Assembly (NCBI GenBank): GCA_963664815.2
Contig: CAXXHB010000003.1
Span: forward strand, 2,112,001-2,176,000
Direction of reading: 5' to 3'
Origin: Spirochaetota bacterium
Lineage (GTDB): Bacteria > Spirochaetota > UBA4802 > UBA5550
DNA: 64,000 nucleotides
Shown here: one piece after another, positions 16,746 to 25,947 of the stretch
Position numbering within the stretch: the stretch's first letter is position 1
How the letters are laid out: each line of letters begins with the position of its first letter
Notes under the pieces: model-generated
Seen by the model: the letters and a program-made list of their open reading frames with translations, nothing else
The model's database searches: none
What the model was told of the DNA's origin: nothing
Program-made: the position numbers and the translations under genes

Positions 16746-18191
16746 CTACATCCGGCAGGTTTTACGTATATCAGTATCTGTCTTCCAGCCGAGTTTTGCG
16801 GCTTTTTTAAAATCACTGCAGGCTTCGTCTTTCAGATCCATCTTTATCCGGGCATTACCCCGGTCATAATATGTTCTCGGGTCATCCGGCTTAAGTTCAA
16901 TAGACCTGCTATAATCGGCAACTGCCCCTTCAAAATCCTTCAGTCCGGCTTTTACAAGCCCCCTGTTCCCGTAAGCCTCCGCGCTGCCGGGCACAAGTTC
17001 AATGATCCTGCTGTAATCGGCTATTGCGCCGTTATAATCTTTTATTCTGTATTTAAGAAATCCCCTTGCAAAATACGATTTTTCATAGTCCCCTTTAAGT
17101 TCAATGGCCCTGTTAAAGTCTGACAAAGCTCCCTCGAAATCATTGATCTTTTCCTTTATATTTCCCCTGTTCAGATAACAGAAAATATCCCCCGGTTCCA
17201 GCTCCGAAACTTTACTGTAATCGGCTATGGCGCCGGCATAGTCCTTTGTCTTATCCCTTGCATCACCCCTGTTGTAATATGCGCCTGTATAACGGGGCTT
17301 CAGATCAATGGCAATACTGTAATCCGCTATTGCCTCGATATATTTTTCAATGGTATAGTTTATATAACCCCTGCGGTTGTATGCTTCGGCGCTGTCAGGT
17401 TTTAATCTTATTACCGCGTTGAAATCGCTTATTGCACCACGGTAGTCAGCAAGCGCACTTTTTGCGTCTCCCCTGTTGAAATATGCATCAGAATAATCAG
17501 GTTTCAGATTGACAGCTGTTGTGCAGTCGGCAAGGGTATTTTTATACCCTCCAAGCATGTACCATGCATACCCCCGGTTGTTGAATGCCTCGGCATATGA
17601 ATTATTAATGCTTATTGCCCTGCCGAAATCATTAATTGCAGCCTTGAAGCTCTTTAAAATTATTTTAACAAGACCCCTTTTGTTATACCCTTCTGCAGAG
17701 CGGGGATCAAGTTCAATGGCTTTTGTGTAATCGGCTGCAGCTTCATTATACTTATAAAGCTTAAGGTATGCATCACCCCGGCATATGTATAATTCAGAAT
17801 CATCAGGCATAAAACCGGCAGTTATAGTAAAGTCTGCAACGGCGCCGTTATAATCGTCGTTTGAAAATTCAACACTGCCCCTGTTTCTGAAAGCATCAGT
17901 AAAATCGGGTTTAAGCTCAACAGCCTTTGTGAAGCATTCAATACTCTCTCTGTATTTTTTTTCCTCTTTCAGGAGAATACCCTTCGCAAACCAGCCGTAT
18001 TCAGAACCGGGTGATATTTTTACTATATCTTTAAAAACTGGTAACCTTTCTGCAGCGTTCTGAATACTGACAGATTTTTCATACAGCTCTTTTGCCCTTA
18101 GCCTTTCATATTCACTCCCTCTCACGCATGAGACCAGAACGAGCGAGGCAGCGGCTGCCATACAGATAATCATGGTTATAGTTTTTTTCAT
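16746..18191 (-). CDS. TPR-repeat lipoprotein
   Basis: Lipobox LVSC and about 12 TPRs (AY.NRG......DY.GAI.D...AI.L.P). 16 bp upstream of cdiB. Confidence 0.85.
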   Translation of the reverse strand: MKKTITMIICMAAAASLVLVSCVRGSEYERLRAKELYEKSVSIQNAAERLPVFKDIVKISPGSEYGWFAKGILLKEEKKYRESIECFTKAVELKPDFTDAFRNRGSVEFSNDDYNGAVADFTITAGFMPDDSELYICRGDAYLKLYKYNEAAADYTKAIELDPRSAEGYNKRGLVKIILKSFKAAINDFGRAISINNSYAEAFNNRGYAWYMLGGYKNTLADCTTAVNLKPDYSDAYFNRGDAKSALADYRGAISDFNAVIRLKPDSAEAYNRRGYINYTIEKYIEAIADYSIAIDLKPRYTGAYYNRGDARDKTKDYAGAIADYSKVSELEPGDIFCYLNRGNIKEKINDFEGALSDFNRAIELKGDYEKSYFARGFLKYRIKDYNGAIADYSRIIELVPGSAEAYGNRGLVKAGLKDFEGAVADYSRSIELKPDDPRTYYDRGNARIKMDLKDEACSDFKKAAKLGWKTDTDIRKTCRM

Positions 18192-18524
18192 ATCATAGCT
18201 TCCCTTTCACGCTTCGCCGGGAAATCTTTTTTTCATATGAATTTAACGCAGGAACAAGTCAGGGGGGTATATAATTCAGGATTTTTTATACCGGATATTG
18301 AAGGTAAAACAGATATTTTCATAAAAATACTCCCGACTGTTTTATATCAAGAGTACCATATTCATCAGATTTCTTTATGTATTTTTGTATATATTACCAG
18401 TGACCTACCCGCAAAGTTAAAGTCAATACCTTTTTCACTGCATTTACCACTTTTTAAAACAAGCCTGATAACGAAATTTTTAATCAGTACCGTATTCCGG
18501 GCGTTTCCTGACTGCCCGCCTCAT

Positions 18525-19403
18525 CTATCCCGCGCATGTTATCATGCAGTGATTCATAAGGCTTTCATTGTCAGGAAACCTGCTGTCTGTTTCCTGCAGT
18601 CTTTTATTATAATCATCTGTTAAAGGCTTTTTACTCTGCTCAATAATTGCAGAACATAGCGCGAAGGAGAACTCCGGTGAAAGGTATACGCTCCGCGCAC
18701 ACTTCAGGATTCCCGTGTCGGCATCTACAAGGTGTATGCGGAGCAGTTCCTCCCATCCGGTTTCATCCGGCATTGCCGGGAGTGTCCGCATATTATCCGG
18801 CACAAGGTGAACGGAAAAGGGGGAATATCCATTTACCGGTATCAGATGTTTTTTGAAGTCTGTAAACTTATATACAAGAAGAATTATGTCATCCTTCGTA
18901 AATAATCCCAGCTGCAGCGGCATTTTCCGGATAACCTCTGTCACATACCTCGATGGACTCTTTAAAAAGAATCTCAGTTCATGATTATTGCTGAAATAGT
19001 TATATTCCACAGCCTCGGGCCAGGACGTCATTTCCGGCAGATACAGCTCCCCGACTTTCAATGCATACCTGACATTTGAATTCCCCGTATCAAACTCCCT
19101 GTCCCCCTGTTCTGTTATAAAACCAGTTTCTGTATTATATTCACAATCAATTATTATAAAGCCCTCCCGGGTTGTATATCCTCCGAGTACGGTTTTTACA
19201 GGAGCCGACACCAGCCTGTTATGATAATCATCTTCAGTCATCCCCTCAAACAGAGTATTTTCAGGAACACACAGGATCCTGTGCCCGCTGTTTCGCGTAT
19301 ACACATACCATGGAGATATATCCCCGGGGAGCGGCGAGTGGTATTTTATACCTGTCTCAACATTCTCCTCCAGCAGTTTTTTTATAATCTGCTCTTTTGA
19401 CAT
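18525..19403 (-). CDS. Hypothetical protein, apparently two domains
   Basis: 292-aa ORF with normal protein composition; no family recognised. Confidence 0.65.
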   Translation of the reverse strand: MSKEQIIKKLLEENVETGIKYHSPLPGDISPWYVYTRNSGHRILCVPENTLFEGMTEDDYHNRLVSAPVKTVLGGYTTREGFIIIDCEYNTETGFITEQGDREFDTGNSNVRYALKVGELYLPEMTSWPEAVEYNYFSNNHELRFFLKSPSRYVTEVIRKMPLQLGLFTKDDIILLVYKFTDFKKHLIPVNGYSPFSVHLVPDNMRTLPAMPDETGWEELLRIHLVDADTGILKCARSVYLSPEFSFALCSAIIEQSKKPLTDDYNKRLQETDSRFPDNESLMNHCMITCAG

Positions 19404-19789
19404 TTCAGTTTACCGTCTGTTTATTTTTATTCTCTGGTGACCGGGCTTTTTACGCAGCCATGTGCCGCGTCTCTGATGTACCGTGATAAACGCCGCAAAG
19501 TGCCCTGCCTTAAACAAAATCAGCTTATCCATTAATCCGTGCAACATATATAATTTTAATCTCAATAACGCAATATAAATTTATATTTATAACATCATTA
19601 AAGGATTAAAGAGATTTGCAGTATTTTCTGCAGACATGAAGTCCCTTACACGAACATACTTTCATCGTGCATCGGCTGTTTCAGATGCAAATTTACAGCA
19701 GATTTATGACAAATTTCACAATCTGCTTACAGAGTATTCATTTTCGCTTTAATTTCGCTTTAATTACGCCTCAAACACGTCAGCGACAG

Positions 19790-20329
19790 TTATAAACGCA
19801 CATTTTTCTCTGTCGGTAACGGTGCTGAAACGGTATTGAAACGGTTTTCAACAGGGTCTACATACTGCCTGAGTCCCGCTTTAACATATTTACCTTTATC
19901 TTTTATAGCATCAATATTACTCTGCCTGTCTGCTGATCTTCTGTTTTCTGAACAGTAACAGGTATATTCTGTAACTTCAGCGGAAGCAGATACGATCACC
20001 GCATCCCCTGTACCGCTGCTTCCAGATGATGTTACAGGTGAACCTGGAGCAATGCCGCGAAGGTATTCAGACATAAAAAGATTGTACCCTGACTTTCTCT
20101 TTCTCTTTGCCCTTTCTCTGTAAATATTCTTCTCCTCTTCCGGAAGAACCTGCCAGGCCTTAACACCGCCGCCGAAATTACCCCTGCACTTCACCTGCGG
20201 CTCAGTTCGCGGATTCTTAGGGATAGTACGTCTCTTTATATAGATTTTGCCGTAACGCCTGTAAAGCACAAGACCATCCAGACCTCCATGCGCAGTTCTT
20301 AAATAGGGATGAAGCTTAACTTTTGCCAT
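19790..20329 (-). CDS. Basic hypothetical protein with HMG-box-like W..L..EEK..Y motif
   Basis: G.L.GLV.YRR.GK.Y......PKNPRT..Q...R..F and SGYNLFMSEY. AAGGAG RBS precedes the ATG at 20329. Confidence 0.65.
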   Translation of the reverse strand: MAKVKLHPYLRTAHGGLDGLVLYRRYGKIYIKRRTIPKNPRTEPQVKCRGNFGGGVKAWQVLPEEEKNIYRERAKRKRKSGYNLFMSEYLRGIAPGSPVTSSGSSGTGDAVIVSASAEVTEYTCYCSENRRSADRQSNIDAIKDKGKYVKAGLRQYVDPVENRFNTVSAPLPTEKNVRL

Positions 20330-20486
20330 AGATTTACACTCCTTTTTGTTTTTAAATAGAGATTTATGTCTCTTATAACCAGTGCGGAAAAACAAATGAC
20401 ATGGGGCAAGCAGATTTTAAAAAATTTTTTATGCATTTAAACCAGATTTTTCAAAGGATGTATTTTGCTTTGCCCCTTTCAGGGGT

Positions 20487-22192
20487 AGCATGTTGAATAA
20501 TAAAAATTCAAAACAGGAAATATGAATTTTCTATAAATTTTTATTATACTTTCTAATTATTCAAATATTTTACTTCGACTTCATATACATCGCATAAACC
20601 ATCCACGACATCTTCTCACACTACTGCAGATTGAATTCCATCCCATCCTATATCCGCTACTGCCTTCTGAAGTTTTTTCAGGTTATATGTAATGCCGGCC
20701 AGAATCGATATAGTATTACATTTCTTTCGTCCCCGCCAATTCAAACGGCTCAGACCATTGTTGAATTTCAAGTCAAAGAAATTGTGTTCTTTTCCAATAC
20801 GCCTGTTATATTTATACTTCCATTCTTCGCTTTGCATTCGATCTCTATATTTGAACCAGAGTTCTTTATTATCAACATAGGTTTTTGATACCGTAAAGAC
20901 TCTGATCTTATTTCTATCCTTATCTTTCCAGCATGATGAATAATGCTCACATCCTACACAAAAATTACGGCTCAATGTGAATTTGTACTTATTGTCAGAT
21001 TTTTCTAATCTCCCCTTTTTCTTACGTTTACCTTTGCAGAAAAAATATACTCCATCTTCTTCTTGTTGTACATGATGTTCTCCCTTTATAAACCAGCTCT
21101 CTGTAAAATGTAATGGGGGTGCTATATATAAATCTTTACCTTCCTGAATTAATTCACTCATCTGTGTAATGTTGAAATAACCTTTGTCTAATAAATACTC
21201 ACTTTCACATTTAACTGCATTGCTTTCTTTAGCAACTTCTACTTTTTCTACCATATCTGAAAGCAGGCTTATATCGCTTTCTTTAGATGTGGCCTCTATT
21301 GAAAGAAGTATGTCGTTGCTGCAAAATGCCGCCTGCACGTTATATCCCTGAATATAGCTTTCATCCTTTTTAAGAAGCTTACTCTCACTATCGGTTAAGT
21401 TCACTTTTGTTTCAGGTGTGATTCTTTCCTCTTTGACCTCATCCTCATATGACTTTATTTTCATCATGATCTGGTCATATTTATTTTTCTGCTTTTCTAT
21501 CAGATCTTTCTCTTTATTTAATTCTTCTTCGCTTATTTCGTCATTATCTTTTAACTCTGATATGTATTTTGCTCTCGCTAAAAGTTTCGCGGATAGGTTC
21601 TCATAATGTTTTAGCTTCTTATCGAAACCTTCCTTGTCTCGTGTAAATTCTTTACTGGCATTACTGCTTATCTTTGTACCGTCTATCATTATTCTGCGCC
21701 AGTCTATCAGATTTAATTCTTCAAGTATATATAATAAACGGGCAAAGATAACTGGAATCTGATCTGGAAAATCGTTAAGAAAACGGCAAAGTGTCGAATA
21801 ATCTATTGATCTGCCGCCGCTTAAAAATAAAAATCCGGGATGATTGCGATTAAGCATTCTCTCGATCTTTCTCATCGACTCTATCCCCTGGCTTAATCCA
21901 TATAAAATTACTTTCAATTTTGCCGAGGGCTCTATCGCCTTTTGCCCTACCGTATCATTCTTATATTTTTTATCAAATGGTTTTGTATCAACATATTCAT
22001 CTATGAATCTATCAATTACCTTCTCTATTGAATTATCATCAAATATTTCTTCCGGATATATTGTTAAAAAATATCCTTGCCCCCTCTCTATAGGTTTATA
22101 CTTTGCCATGTATAATCTCCATACCTTTGATATTTTCATCATGGTTTATAATTTCCTGCCTGTCAATTAATACTTTGATTAATCAACAGGCA
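20487..22192 (-). mobile_element. IS1182-family insertion sequence with imperfect terminal IRs and 6-bp TSD
   Basis: Ends GCATGTTGAATAA (20488-20500) and TTAATCAACAGGC (22179-22191) are inverted repeats (11/13). AGGGGT is duplicated at 20481-20486 and 22193-22198. Confidence 0.85.
20616..22109 (-). CDS. IS1182-family transposase
   Basis: P...LKVILYG...GI.SMRKIE; IDGTKI.SNAS; TD.ES...IQGYNVQ; DKGY; C..C...C; G..R...RG. Alternative start at 22142. Confidence 0.9.
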   Translation of the reverse strand: MAKYKPIERGQGYFLTIYPEEIFDDNSIEKVIDRFIDEYVDTKPFDKKYKNDTVGQKAIEPSAKLKVILYGLSQGIESMRKIERMLNRNHPGFLFLSGGRSIDYSTLCRFLNDFPDQIPVIFARLLYILEELNLIDWRRIMIDGTKISSNASKEFTRDKEGFDKKLKHYENLSAKLLARAKYISELKDNDEISEEELNKEKDLIEKQKNKYDQIMMKIKSYEDEVKEERITPETKVNLTDSESKLLKKDESYIQGYNVQAAFCSNDILLSIEATSKESDISLLSDMVEKVEVAKESNAVKCESEYLLDKGYFNITQMSELIQEGKDLYIAPPLHFTESWFIKGEHHVQQEEDGVYFFCKGKRKKKGRLEKSDNKYKFTLSRNFCVGCEHYSSCWKDKDRNKIRVFTVSKTYVDNKELWFKYRDRMQSEEWKYKYNRRIGKEHNFFDLKFNNGLSRLNWRGRKKCNTISILAGITYNLKKLQKAVADIGWDGIQSAVV

Positions 22193-22470
22193 AGGGGTGC
22201 GGGGTCTTAAGAGTCAAGGTTGCTGAAGGTATACTTCACAGACAGTTCAGCTTTGCCCCTTTCAGGGGTGCGGGGTCTTAAGAGTCAAGGTTGCTGAAGG
22301 TATACTTCACAGACAGTTCAGCTTTGCCCCTTCTGGGCGCCCGAGCGTAGCGACAAAGTACCCCCGGGGTAGGTGCGGGGTCTGAGAGTTACAGGTTGCT
22401 GAAGATATATTTGCCCCTTCCAATACGCTGCACTGAGCTGCGCCGAGGTGTGCGGGTGCTGATGAGTACC
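22193..22470. repeat. REP-like tandem repeat array: 71-bp unit twice plus degenerate copies
   Basis: 22193-22261 equals 22264-22332. Degenerate copies at ~22371-22420 and ~22447-22470. A left remnant GCTTTGCCCCTTTCAGGGGT lies at 20467-20486. Confidence 0.85.
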
Positions 22471-22635
22471 AGTTCCTTAAAATTTAATATTGACATAATC
22501 ATATCTTATGTTTTGATTTAAATTCAGTGTTGTAACGTTGAAATAAAGCTTATGAGAGATCTTTCCCCTTAATTCAGAAGTGTACTTCTCTCATGTTTTT
22601 TTATATATAATTAATATATGCTTTCTGGAAAATCT

Positions 22636-23376
22636 ATGCTGAATGAAAATGAACTGAAAAGATATAAACGTCAGATGGAAATACCGGGATGGGATATTTC
22701 CACTCAGGAGAGACTTAAAAACTCCACAGTCTTTGTCGCCGGAGCCGGCGGACTGGGGAGTCCTGTTCTGTACTACCTTGCCGCGGCGGGTATAGGTCAT
22801 ATAAAGGTCTGCGACAGGGATAAAATTGAGTTATCCAACCTCAACCGTCAGATATTATATAAAACGTCTGATACAGGCATGTTCAAGGCTGAAACAGCTT
22901 CAGAAAGGGCAGCAGATCTCAATGATTCAGTCAGAGTAACCTTCTTCAACTCCGAGGCCGGCATGCAGATGTATAATGAAATCAGGGATTGCGATATTAT
23001 TGTAGACTGCCTTGATAATTTCAGTTCAAGGCATATTCTTAACCGCATATCTCTTGAAACAGGTATCCCTATGATGCATGCAGGTGTATCTGAATATTAT
23101 GCCCAGATGACTTTCCTTCAGCCGGGCGTAACACCTTGCCTTGCCTGCTTTATTCCTGAAGAAATAAATATTACTCCAGGGGGGATAACAGGCGCAATGG
23201 CCGGAATTGCAGGTTCCATGCAGGCCCTTGAGGTAATCAAATATCTGACCGGTTCCGGTGATATTTTAAAAAACAGGCTTCTTCATATTGACGGCAGGTC
23301 AATGGAAATCACATCAATTGCAATCAGAAAAAACCCGGAATGTAAAGTCTGTCCCGGATTACATAGTATAAACTAG
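22636..23376 (+). CDS. ThiF/MoeB/HesA-family adenylyltransferase
   Basis: RY.RQ, GAGGLGSP, D.IELSNLNRQ, DCLDN, PCLAC, and C-terminal CKVC. Confidence 0.9.
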   Translation: MLNENELKRYKRQMEIPGWDISTQERLKNSTVFVAGAGGLGSPVLYYLAAAGIGHIKVCDRDKIELSNLNRQILYKTSDTGMFKAETASERAADLNDSVRVTFFNSEAGMQMYNEIRDCDIIVDCLDNFSSRHILNRISLETGIPMMHAGVSEYYAQMTFLQPGVTPCLACFIPEEINITPGGITGAMAGIAGSMQALEVIKYLTGSGDILKNRLLHIDGRSMEITSIAIRKNPECKVCPGLHSIN

Positions 23377-23385
23377 AGGTTGAAT

Positions 23386-23694
23386 ATGTTTAAAAAATCA
23401 AGAATCATTATGGCCGCAATTCTCATTTTGCTTGTTATCGGAGCTTACTTCTACTTCTCCTACTATTTCACCGCCGAACAGAAGAATATTACCCAGAGAA
23501 AGATCGAATCCATTACCGGTCAGAACCTGGTCGTCACAGTATTCGGCTTTGACGGAAGGATAATCAAGAGATGGACCGGCATTAAAAAAATCACATCGTT
23601 TAACGATCAGAGAAACTACACTTTCTTTTATACAAAAGAGGGGAAATATGTGCAGATCCCCGATTCGGTATGGTATATAGCAGAAGAGGAATAG
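23386..23694 (+). CDS. Small membrane-anchored hypothetical protein
   Basis: N-terminal TM helix, GAGG RBS, tightly packed between the ThiF-family gene and recG. Confidence 0.7.
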   Translation: MFKKSRIIMAAILILLVIGAYFYFSYYFTAEQKNITQRKIESITGQNLVVTVFGFDGRIIKRWTGIKKITSFNDQRNYTFFYTKEGKYVQIPDSVWYIAEEE

Positions 23695-23695
23695 T

Positions 23696-25783
23696 TTGCT
23701 TGATCTTCCCGTTACATCAATACATGGTATAGGGAGTGTAAAATCCGGCGTACTTAAAAACGAGGCTGGCATTGAAACAGTGGAGGATCTGCTTTACTAT
23801 CTTCCTCGAAGATATCTCGACAGGTCACTGATTAAACGTATTGTTGACTGTTTTTCCGATGAATCGGTAACTGTTGCCGGAAATATAGTTTCGGTTCAGC
23901 TTATCCGCAGAAAAAAAGTTCTTCTGCAGGTGGATGTATCCGACGGCACAGATATAATATCGGCTGTCTTCTTCGGCGCTGCCGGTTATCTCTCAAAACT
24001 TTTCCATGAAGGGGACTATGTTATACTCTCCGGAAAAGTCAGTATTGTCAGAACCAGGCAGATTATTCATCCCGATTTTGATTTTACAGATGAAGGTTCA
24101 GAGATAAAATCAATCAATACAGGGAGAATTATCCCTCTTTACAGATCCACGGAGACGCTTAAAAAGAACGGTTTCGATTCACGGGGTTTCAGGAGAGCGG
24201 TCCGGGCCGCCCTTGAAAAATACGGTTCGTCAATACAGGAGACACTCCCGCAGAGAATTATCGAAAAATATAATCTGATAGATATTGACGACGCTCTCAG
24301 GGGAATACATTTCCCCGACAGCATGGAACATGCTGAGAGGTCGAGAATTCGGCTGTCTTTCAATGAAATATTTTTTTACCAGTATTATATACTTCTTGTA
24401 AAAAAAGCAAATATGAAGGAGACATTCAATGACAGGACAACAGCCGTTGATGTTATTGAACCTTTCCTGAAAACCCTTGATTTTACCCTTACAAATGACC
24501 AGCTAACCGCACTGAATGAAATAAAAAATGATCTCTGCTCTCCATATCCTATGAACAGGCTTCTTCAGGGGGATGTCGGTTCCGGAAAAACCGTTGTATC
24601 ATTCGCTACTGCACTCATATCAATAAACAGGGGTGAACAGGCGGCATTAATGGTACCAACCGAAATTCTCTCGCAGCAGCACTATGAGACAGCTCTTAAG
24701 CTTCTCCCTGCATATGTAAAAACCATCCTCATTACCGGCAGCATGACTCAAAAGGAGAAGAACATCGCCTGCGAAATGGTATCCTCCGGAGAGGTAAATT
24801 TTATTATTGGAACTCATTCTCTTATCCAGTCAGGCATTGTTTTTGCAAATCTCGGTTATATTATAATAGACGAACAGCACAGGTTTGGAGTTGAACAGAG
24901 GGGTAAACTCCGTGTTAAGGGGAAATCACCCGATCTCCTTATAATGACAGCAACGCCAATACCGAGGTCGCTGTCGATGACGCTCTACGGTGATCTTGAT
25001 GTTTCATATATACGTGAAAAGCCCTCCAGCAGGCTTCCGGTTAAAACGATGGCTTTCCCCGATTCAAGGCTGAAGGGTGTCTATAACTCGATGAGAAACT
25101 ACATGGCACAGGGTAGGCAGATTTTTTATGTCCTCCCGATAATTGAAGAATCGGAAAAGACAGATTTAAAATCGGCTGTGGAGACTTTCAATCTATTGAA
25201 AGATGAGATATTTCCCGGTATACCTGTAGCGCTGCTCCACGGTAAGATGCCTCAGGCTGAGAAGGATCCTGTAATGAACAGTTTCCGTGATGGTAATATA
25301 AAAATACTTGTGTCAACAACAGTAATTGAAGTAGGCATAGACATTCCAAACGCCAGTATAATGGTTATAGAACACTGTGAGAGATTCGGACTTTCACAGC
25401 TCCACCAGCTGCGCGGGAGAGTTGGACGTGGTGAACACCAGTCTTTCTGCATACTTGTACATCCTGAAGGAATATCAGGAGATGCATGTGAAAGAATAAA
25501 GATTATGACAGAAACCGATGACGGTTTTTTAATATCAGAAAAAGATCTTCAGCTCAGAGGGAGCGGTGAACTTACAGGAACAAGGCAGCACGGTTTTTCC
25601 GACTTCGAATTTACAAACCTTGCCACAGATACAGATTTAATTATAAACGCAAGGGAAGAAGCCGTAAAAATTGTATCGGAAATACCTGACGCAGAAGATG
25701 AACTGGAAAACATCAGAAACAGGAGGTTCAGCAGACAATTTAAAGGCCTGAGGCATAAAAAGATTCTTTCGCTGCTATCTTAG
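23696..25783 (+). CDS. recG: ATP-dependent DNA helicase RecG
   Basis: MNRLLQGDVGSGKT, IIDEQHRFGV.QR, MTATPIPRSL, FGLSQLHQLRGRVGRG. Confidence 0.97.
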   Translation: MLDLPVTSIHGIGSVKSGVLKNEAGIETVEDLLYYLPRRYLDRSLIKRIVDCFSDESVTVAGNIVSVQLIRRKKVLLQVDVSDGTDIISAVFFGAAGYLSKLFHEGDYVILSGKVSIVRTRQIIHPDFDFTDEGSEIKSINTGRIIPLYRSTETLKKNGFDSRGFRRAVRAALEKYGSSIQETLPQRIIEKYNLIDIDDALRGIHFPDSMEHAERSRIRLSFNEIFFYQYYILLVKKANMKETFNDRTTAVDVIEPFLKTLDFTLTNDQLTALNEIKNDLCSPYPMNRLLQGDVGSGKTVVSFATALISINRGEQAALMVPTEILSQQHYETALKLLPAYVKTILITGSMTQKEKNIACEMVSSGEVNFIIGTHSLIQSGIVFANLGYIIIDEQHRFGVEQRGKLRVKGKSPDLLIMTATPIPRSLSMTLYGDLDVSYIREKPSSRLPVKTMAFPDSRLKGVYNSMRNYMAQGRQIFYVLPIIEESEKTDLKSAVETFNLLKDEIFPGIPVALLHGKMPQAEKDPVMNSFRDGNIKILVSTTVIEVGIDIPNASIMVIEHCERFGLSQLHQLRGRVGRGEHQSFCILVHPEGISGDACERIKIMTETDDGFLISEKDLQLRGSGELTGTRQHGFSDFEFTNLATDTDLIINAREEAVKIVSEIPDAEDELENIRNRRFSRQFKGLRHKKILSLLS

Positions 25784-25816
25784 GAAAATTCATTCCCGAA
25801 TCCAGAAAACATGTAT

Positions 25817-25941
25817 TACACACCCTGAGATTTTTTATACATTGAGATTTTTTATACACATTGAGAGTTTTATACACATTGAGAGTTTTTATGCACCCTG
25901 AAAGTTTTTTACGCACCCTGAGCGGAGCCGAAGGGTGCGTA
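25817..25941. repeat. ~20-bp tandem iterations ending in a REP-like hairpin (possible bidirectional terminator)
   Basis: Five degenerate TAYRCAC(A/C)YTGARA.TTTT units precede TACGCACCCTGAGCGGAGCCGAAGGGTGCGTA, between convergent recG and ftsH. Confidence 0.7.
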
Positions 25942-25947
25942 TATTCA

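Noticed and set aside
18237-18623. 128-aa plus-strand ORF
   Set aside because: No recognisable motifs or RBS, and it overlaps the end of 18525-19403 on the opposite strand; probably spurious.
22193-22470. CRISPR array
   Set aside because: The unit is ~70 bp and directly tandem, fillers are irregular and themselves palindromic, and no cas genes are present.
25817-25941. CRISPR array or the 74-aa ORF 25740-25964
   Set aside because: Units abut without unique spacers; the ORF is just a translation of the tandem repeat.
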